Shown piece after piece: positions 17,701 through 24,004 of a DNA stretch of 24,004 bases (within the stretch, counting starts at the first letter, position 1; each line of letters starts with the position of its first letter). The DNA comes from Chthoniobacteraceae bacterium (GTDB taxonomy: Bacteria > Verrucomicrobiota > Verrucomicrobiia > Chthoniobacterales > Chthoniobacteraceae). Location of the stretch: positions 1 through 24,004 of the forward strand of contig JANNWY010000062.1 of the NCBI GenBank assembly GCA_031409335.1, read 5' to 3'. A program made the position numbers and the translations under genes. The notes beneath the pieces are model-generated. The model was not told the DNA's origin. It saw only the letters and a program-made list of their open reading frames with translations, and did not search any database.

Positions 17701-20700
17701 TTTGCTTTAGCGCAAATTGGATGTGGGACCGATGCGGATTGGGCGAAGATGGGCCAAATTGTTGCCGCTTGTTCACCTGATAACCTGAACGGCGTCCCGG
17801 AGTTTATTGGCGCGAACCTTAATAGACTGCGGTTGCAGTGCAACTTTCCGAAAGCTTTCGTGACCGCCGTCGCTAGGCCGTTGCTCCAAGCGGGCGGAGG
17901 AGAGATTTCGGTCGTGACTTCCAACGATCGCCAGCCAATTAGCGATGCGATGATCGCGTTGATCGATCTCGATAACGATCGGCTCGTGACATCAGGACTT
18001 AGTGATGTGTCTGGGATTGTGACCTTCGGCGCGCTGCCATCCGGCAACTATTACTTGATAGGCATCCACGAAACCGCCGGAAGTGTAAATGCTCCCGTAT
18101 CACTTACCGGAGCCGAAAGCCTTCAAGTTCCACTCAAGCTCGTTCCAAAACAAGCCGACGTTGCCTCGGACCCTTTAACCTCTGCGTCACTGACTATTTC
18201 AGCGGCAGGCCAATCGACGGTGGTGGACGAACGCGGTACGTTTCAGATTTTGAATGTATCCTCGCCAGACCAATTTGGACCGGGCGGACCAGGAACGGCA
18301 CCCGACTTTATCGCCGATGATTACATCCGTGTTATTGGCGTAAGCAATACGGGAAGTGCAAACCGTTACGCGTTCAGCGAATTCCTTAAGATTCGCCAAG
18401 CTAACACGGTTCCGGTTTCCACTTTTACCTTTACCGACACGCCACATAAGAAGCCGGACATGCTCATGGCGGTGCCGGCTGCTGCGATTTTGACCACCAT
18501 CGGCCAAACAACGCAGGTCCGCGTCACGGCCACTTACGCGGACAACAGCACCGGCGATGTCTCACCCGCCACGAGCTGGACCAGCTACCGCAGCAGCAAC
18601 CCCTCCGTCGCCACGGTGAGCAAGGACGGCCTCGCCACCGCCACCAGCCGGGGCATTGCGTTCATAACCGCGGTAAATGAAGGAGCGACCGCAGTAACGC
18701 AGATTACCGTCGTGCCGGGCGACCCGCTCACCACCGTCAAAGGTTTTATGCGCTTGCAGGATGGAACGCCGGCTACCGGAGTAACGGTGTCCATTTCTGG
18801 CCTTGGCCTCACGGCGGTAGTGCAGGCCGATGGGAGCTTCATCTTTGCCAGTGTGCCGACGACCTTGGGACCACTGACTTTGAGCGCGGTGGTTGTCCAA
18901 GGCAGTGGTCGGTTGGTGGCCCTGGCTATGAACCTCAGCTCGGTCGCTGGTGGTGTGGTGGATGCGGGAATCCTCACGCTGCTGCCGTATTCGGAGAGTG
19001 TGCGAATCAAATCCATCGCCGCGGGCAACGGTCAGACCGTGGCGCTCAAGATCGACGGCAGCCTTTGGGCTTGGGGTGCTAATGGTACCGGGCAACTGGG
19101 CGATGGTACTACGGGCAACAAGCTCAGTCCGGTGCGGATTGGCACGGCCAGCGACTGGGCTGAGGTCGCCGCAGGCTCCGGTCACACCCTAGCGCGCAAG
19201 ATCGATGGCAGCCTTTGGGCTTGGGGATTTAATAACAGCGGGCAACTGGGCGATGGTACTACGGTCCAGAGGCTCAGCCCGGTGCGGATTGGCACGGCCA
19301 GCTACTGGGCTGAGGTCGCCGCAGGCTCCGGTCACACCCTAGCGCGCAAGATCGATGGCAGCCTTTGGGCTTGGGGTGCTAATAGCACCGGGGCACTCGG
19401 CGATGGTACTACGGGCGACAAGCTCAGCCCGGTGCGGATCGGCATGGCCAACGACTGGACCGAGGTCGCTGCAGGCTCCGCTCACACCCTAGCGCGCAAG
19501 AACGACGGCAGCCTTTGGGCCTGGGGTGCTAATCGCTCCGGGCAACTGGGCGACGGCACCGGAATCAACAGAACCAACCCGGTACGGGTCGGCACTGCCA
19601 ACGATTGGGCCGAGGTCGCCGTGGGCAGCTCCAGTGGTGGCTTTTCCGATCAAAGTTACAACGTGGCGCGTAAGAGCGACGGCAGCCTCTGGGCTTGGGG
19701 TGCTAATCGCTCCGGGCAACTGGGCGACGGCACCACGGGTAACAAGCTCAGCCCGCTGCGAATCAGCACCGCCAACGATTGGATCGAGGTCGCTTCGGGC
19801 GAAGGTCACACGGTGGCACGCAAGACTGATGGCAGCCTCTGGGCATGGGGCTCGAATAATCGCGGGCAACTTGGTATCGGCCCCAGTTTCGCCATGCTCA
19901 GCCCGGTGCCGATAGCTATAGACAACGACTGGGCCGAGGTTGCCACAGGCTGGCGTCACACCGTGGCGCGTAAGACAGATGGCAGCCTTTGGGCTTGGGG
20001 TTGGAACGTTTACGGGCAACTGGGCGACAGCACCACGGTCCAGAGGCTCAGCCCGGTGCGCATCGGCACGGCCAGCGATTGGGTAGACGTTGCCGCGGGC
20101 TCCGCTCACACGGTGGCGCGCAAGATCGACGGCAGCCTTTGGGCTTGGGGTGCTAATGGCACCGGGCAACTGGGCGACGGGACCACGGTGGGCAAGCTCA
20201 GCCCGGTGCGGATCGGCGCGGACAACGATTGGGCTGAGGTTTCTCCCGGTCGGGATCTTGCCTCAGATTACACCGTGGCGCGCAAGATCGATGGCAGCCT
20301 CTGGGCCTGGGGTGCTAATAGCACCGGGCAACTGGGCGATGGTACTACGGGCAACAAGCTCAGCCCAGTGCGGATCGGCACAGCCAGCGACTGGGCTGAG
20401 GTCGCCGCAGGCTCCGCTCACACCTTGGCGCGCAAGACCGACGGCAGCCTCTGGGCCTGGGGCGATAATACCTCTGGCCAGCTCGGGATTGCGAGTTTGA
20501 TGGTCGGCCCGATCGGCGGCACGTTCGACTGGGGTCCACCCGCGACCGCTCCCGCACCCACACCGATTCCCGAAGTTTCCCCGCTGCTCGACAGCGACGG
20601 CGACGGCATCCCCGACGCACAGGAACTCCTCGCCGGCACCGACCCGCACGATCCCGCCAGCGTCCTGCGCCTCAGCCAGCTCGACAAGACCGCCACCGGG

Positions 20701-20889
20701 ATGCAGATGCAGTTCCCGACGCTGACCGGCAAGACCTATCGCCTCGAATACACCGACGACCTCACCTCCGGGAAGCGGCGCCCCCTCACCGAACCCATCC
20801 CCGGCGACGGCAAGCCCGTGATCGTCGAAGACCCCGCTGCCACCACCCGTTCGCAGCGCTTCTACCGGCTCAAGCTCATTCAGCCGTAG
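14741..20889 (+). CDS. Large exported multidomain protein (~2049 aa if repaired): Ig-like and carboxypeptidase-regulatory-like domains, Cys-rich insert, Big_2, 10 RCC1 repeats, C-terminal module; split by a 1-bp frameshift near 15945-15948
   Basis: AAAGGAGA RBS and ATGA overlap at 14741; hydrophobic [18 protein letters not shown]. ORFs 14741-15994 and 15955-20889 join as [20 protein letters not shown] if one base is added to the AAAA run. Confidence 0.8.
14771..14930. repeat. REP/MITE-like element, ~160 bp, within the 5' end of the large gene
   Basis: Perfect 12-bp terminal IR CGGGTAGCACGC / GCGTGCTACCCG; internal hairpins GTCGAGGCG-TCC-CGCCTCGAC and TTTCGGCG-GGA-CGCCGAAA. Confidence 0.8.
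14957..14991 (+). repeat. Degenerate heptamer tandem repeat, 5 units
   Basis: CGTTGGA AGTTGAA AGTTCGA CGTTCGA CGTTCAG. Confidence 0.7.
19005..20490 (+). repeat. Ten coding RCC1 repeats, ~150-bp unit
   Basis: Ten DGSLWAWG motifs; long stretches are identical at DNA level between units. Confidence 0.92.
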
Positions 20890-21105
20890 CAACTATGAAA
20901 AGCGACCGCGATGCCTGCCCATTTTCGATTGTCTGATGGCTAACGCCCATGCGGCGCATCTCGGAGTGCCCTTCCTGCATCAACGGTGCCTTTCGTGCCG
21001 AATCACCATGCCACCTTTTCGGCTCCCCGCTCCGCAGGCGGTTCGGGGACAGATTCTAGCATCGAAACGTTAGCCGTCTTCGCTCTTGATACGACCGTTA
21101 CACCC

Positions 21106-23874
21106 ATGAAAATCTCATCCTGCATTGCGATTCCGCATTCCCTTCGTTCACTCAGCAACGTGCCCATCCTTGGGATGATTGTGCTCCTAGTCTTCACGTT
21201 ATCGCCAGCTCAATCGCAGCAATATATCTGGAGCACTTTCGCCGGATCGCAAGGTGGCAGCGGCAGTGCGGACGGAATGGGCAGTGCCGCGCGGTTCCAG
21301 ACTCCAAACGGTGCGGCCGTGGATGCAAACGGCAATGTCTATGTCGCGGATACCGGCAACCATACGATACGGAAGGTGACGCCGTCCGGGGTGGTCACGA
21401 CGCTCGCTGGGCTGGCGGGCACGAGCGGTTCTACGGATGGGACGGGAAGCGCCGCGCGGTTTAATTACCCCAGAGGTGTTGCGGTAGATGCGGGCGGCAA
21501 TGTCTATGTCGTGGGTGATGCCTCAACGATTCGGAAGGTGACGCCAGGCGGTACTGTGACCACGCTGGCGGGGCTGGCGGGCACCATCGCCTCCTCCGGT
21601 GTGGCGGTGGATGCGAGCGGCAATGTCTATGTCGCCGATGCTGGCAACCATACAATTCGAAGGGTGACGCCGTCCGGGGTGGTCACCACGCTGGCAGGGA
21701 TGGCAGGCAGCAGCGGCTCTGCGAACGGAACTGGAAGCGCCGCGCGGTTCTATTCCCCCACCAAAGTGGCGGTGGATGCGAGCGCCAATGTCTATGTTGC
21801 CGATACTGGCAACCATACAATTCGGAAGGTGACGCCGTCCGGGGTCGTCACCACGCTGGCGGGATTCGCGGGCAATAGCGGCTCTGCGAACGGAACTGGA
21901 AGCGCCGCGCGGTTCTATTTCCCCAGAGGTGTTGCCGTGGATGCGAGCGACAATGTCTATGTCGCGGATACTGGCAACTACACAATACGGAAGGCGACGC
22001 CGTCTGGGGTCGTCACCACGCTGGCTGGGATGGCGGGCAGCTTCGGCTATGCGGACGGAACGGTGGGCGATGCGCGGTTCCGTAGACCCGACGGTGTGGC
22101 AGTGGATGCGAGCGGGAATGTCTATGTCACGGACAGTGACAATCTTACGAACACGATTCGGAAGGTGACGGAAGCCGGGGTGGTTACCACGCTGGCTGGG
22201 ATGGCAATCAGGTACGGCGCGGCGGATGGAACGGGAGACGCTGTTCTGTTCAATAGCCCGAGCGGAGTGGCATTGGACTCGGCTGGCAACGCTTATGTCG
22301 CAGACGTTAACAACCACACGATCCGAAGGGTGGCGCACGACGGAGTGGTCACGACGGTGGCGGGGCTGGCCGGCAGCGCCGGGTCGGCGGACGGGACGGG
22401 AAGCGCCGCGCGTTTCGATCATCCCTTCGGTATTACAGTGGACGCGAGTGGCGATGCTTATGTCGCGGACACTAGCAACAACACCATTCGGAAAGTAACG
22501 GCGGCCGGAGTGGTCACCACGGTGGCAGGGCTGGCCGGCAGCACTGGGTCTGCGGACGGGATGGGAAGCGCCGCCCGATTCTACAATCCGCAGAGTGTTG
22601 CTGTGGACGCGAGCGCTAATATCTATGTCGCGGACACTCGTAACAATACGATTCGGAAGGTGACGCCGGTCGGTGTCGTCACGACGCTGGTAGGGCTGGC
22701 CGGCAGCAGCGGCTCTGCGGATGGAACGGGAAGTGCCGCGCGGTTCTTTTGGCCCTTTGGGGTTGCGGTGGACGCGAGCGGCAATGTCTATGTCGCAGAC
22801 TTGTTTAACAGTGCGCTTCGGAAAGTAACGCCAGGAGGAGTAGTGACAACGCTGGCTGGGCTGGCCGCCGGGTTTTCTCAACCCTATGGAGTCGCGGTGG
22901 ACGCTAGCGGGAATATCTATGTCTCGGATCAACCACGCCATACGATTCGGAAGGTGTCACCGGCTGGTGTGGTGACGACAATCGGCGGGCTGGCGAACAG
23001 GTACGGCTCTGCGGGAGGGTTGGGAAGTGCCGCCCGATTCAATTATCCCGAAGGAGTTGCTGTGGACGCGAGCGGTAATGTGTATGTCGCCGATGCTGGT
23101 AACAGTCGCATTGCGCAAGGAGTCCCCGTGTTTCAGCCGAGTATCGAGGTTCATCAGCCTTCCGGTGTGGCCCTTACGTCTGGCTCAAGCAGCGTGTCCT
23201 TCGGCACCGTGGCGAACGGCGGCAGCGGAACGCCTCTGGTCTTTACCATCAAGAATGTGGGATCGCTGGATCTCACCGGACTCGCGCTTTCGATCGACGG
23301 CGCTAACGCAAGCGACTATGTCGCCAGCGCCCTCAGTGTCACCACACTCGCTGCGGGAAGCAGCACGACGTTTTCCATCACATTCACACCCACGGGCCTT
23401 GGGAGCCGCACCGCTGGTCTGCACATCGCCAGCAACGATCCGACTCAGAATCCATTCAACATCGCGCTCAACGGCACCGGTGCGTCGTCCGATGCCGATG
23501 GAGATGGGTTGCTCGACTCATGGGAGATTAGCTACTGGGGAACCACCGCGGGTCACGGGCCGGCGGACGACTTTGATCACGATGGAATCCCCGAACTGAT
23601 CGAGGAAGCGTTTGGCCTGAACCCGAAGGTACCCGACACTGTCGGCCTGCCGCGCCCAGTCATCGAAGGCGGGTATCTCACGATCACGATCACCAAGCAC
23701 CCCGGAGTGACTTGCTTGGTCGTGACTGCCGACGACTTTCAGCCTTCGTCCTGGAGCGCCGCGACGACGAATGTGTTAATCGACAACGCCACAACCTTGA
23801 AGGTGCAGGATGCCTTTTCCGCCAGCACAGCCTCAACGCGCGTTATGCGAGTAGTAGTAACGGCCACTCCGTAG
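21106..23874 (+). CDS. Exported NHL-repeat protein (12 blades) + choice-of-anchor D/ASH-like Ig domain + C-terminal module
   Basis: Signal peptide ending ..TLSPAQS; 12 repeats of P.GVAVDASGNVYVAD..N.TIRKVT; VSFG..FTIKNVGS..L..F.ITFTP..G.RTA.LHIASNDP; DADGDGLLDSWE. Start placed at MKISS (the ORF track gives 20986). Confidence 0.9.
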   Translation: MKISSCIAIPHSLRSLSNVPILGMIVLLVFTLSPAQSQQYIWSTFAGSQGGSGSADGMGSAARFQTPNGAAVDANGNVYVADTGNHTIRKVTPSGVVTTLAGLAGTSGSTDGTGSAARFNYPRGVAVDAGGNVYVVGDASTIRKVTPGGTVTTLAGLAGTIASSGVAVDASGNVYVADAGNHTIRRVTPSGVVTTLAGMAGSSGSANGTGSAARFYSPTKVAVDASANVYVADTGNHTIRKVTPSGVVTTLAGFAGNSGSANGTGSAARFYFPRGVAVDASDNVYVADTGNYTIRKATPSGVVTTLAGMAGSFGYADGTVGDARFRRPDGVAVDASGNVYVTDSDNLTNTIRKVTEAGVVTTLAGMAIRYGAADGTGDAVLFNSPSGVALDSAGNAYVADVNNHTIRRVAHDGVVTTVAGLAGSAGSADGTGSAARFDHPFGITVDASGDAYVADTSNNTIRKVTAAGVVTTVAGLAGSTGSADGMGSAARFYNPQSVAVDASANIYVADTRNNTIRKVTPVGVVTTLVGLAGSSGSADGTGSAARFFWPFGVAVDASGNVYVADLFNSALRKVTPGGVVTTLAGLAAGFSQPYGVAVDASGNIYVSDQPRHTIRKVSPAGVVTTIGGLANRYGSAGGLGSAARFNYPEGVAVDASGNVYVADAGNSRIAQGVPVFQPSIEVHQPSGVALTSGSSSVSFGTVANGGSGTPLVFTIKNVGSLDLTGLALSIDGANASDYVASALSVTTLAAGSSTTFSITFTPTGLGSRTAGLHIASNDPTQNPFNIALNGTGASSDADGDGLLDSWEISYWGTTAGHGPADDFDHDGIPELIEEAFGLNPKVPDTVGLPRPVIEGGYLTITITKHPGVTCLVVTADDFQPSSWSAATTNVLIDNATTLKVQDAFSASTASTRVMRVVVTATP

Positions 23875-23890
23875 CAGTCTGTTGAAAAAC
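23872..23890. mobile_element. Possible terminal inverted repeat of an IS (IS1182/IS5-like) abutting the stop codon
   Basis: TAGCAGTCTGTTGAAAAAC resembles recalled CAGNCTGTTGAAAAA IS ends; neither a partner IR nor a transposase is visible in the window. Confidence 0.3.
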
Positions 23891-24004
23891 CCTCAAGCGG
23901 CGGCGGACAGAGGGTAGCCTTGCTGGGATTGGAGATATTCGCGGCCAAAGCGCGCAGAGTGCGCGAATCGGCAGAGTAACCTCAGAAACGGTCGCCAGAA
24001 CCGA

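Noticed and set aside
19005..23120. Regular DNA repeats as a CRISPR array or DGR template/variable repeats
   Set aside because: They are in-frame protein repeats of ~150-165 bp; no cas or reverse transcriptase gene in the window; differences are not adenine-specific.

Overview
High-GC bacterial DNA, most likely Verrucomicrobiota (inferred from gene content, PEP-CTERM and repeat types). The window has three zones. (1) 1-6.5 kb: topoisomerase IV parE and parC are split by a 3.4-kb minus-strand accessory insert. It holds a tightly coupled three-gene operon (MqsR/RelE-like toxin, MqsA-type antitoxin with an unusual C-terminal tail, KGGVGR-variant ParA/MinD ATPase fused to TPRs) behind two copies of a palindromic operator-like site, plus an antitoxin and a truncated vapC. 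This operon is the best candidate for an undescribed system, possibly anti-phage. (2) 6.5-9.3 kb: gene debris (alpha-amylase and IS1634-like remnants), then a speY-like deoxyhypusine-synthase-family gene and a DUF2278-like gene. (3) 9.3-24 kb: exported proteins, namely a beta-propeller/di-heme cytochrome c peroxidase-like protein, a PEP-CTERM protein, a vanadium haloperoxidase/PAP2 protein, a frameshifted ~2050-aa Ig/RCC1 protein with a compositionally foreign internal Cys-rich cassette, and an NHL-repeat protein. Three of these share a C-terminal module. Two GTAG-type REP elements interrupt coding regions. All family calls come from motif recognition by eye; no searches were run.
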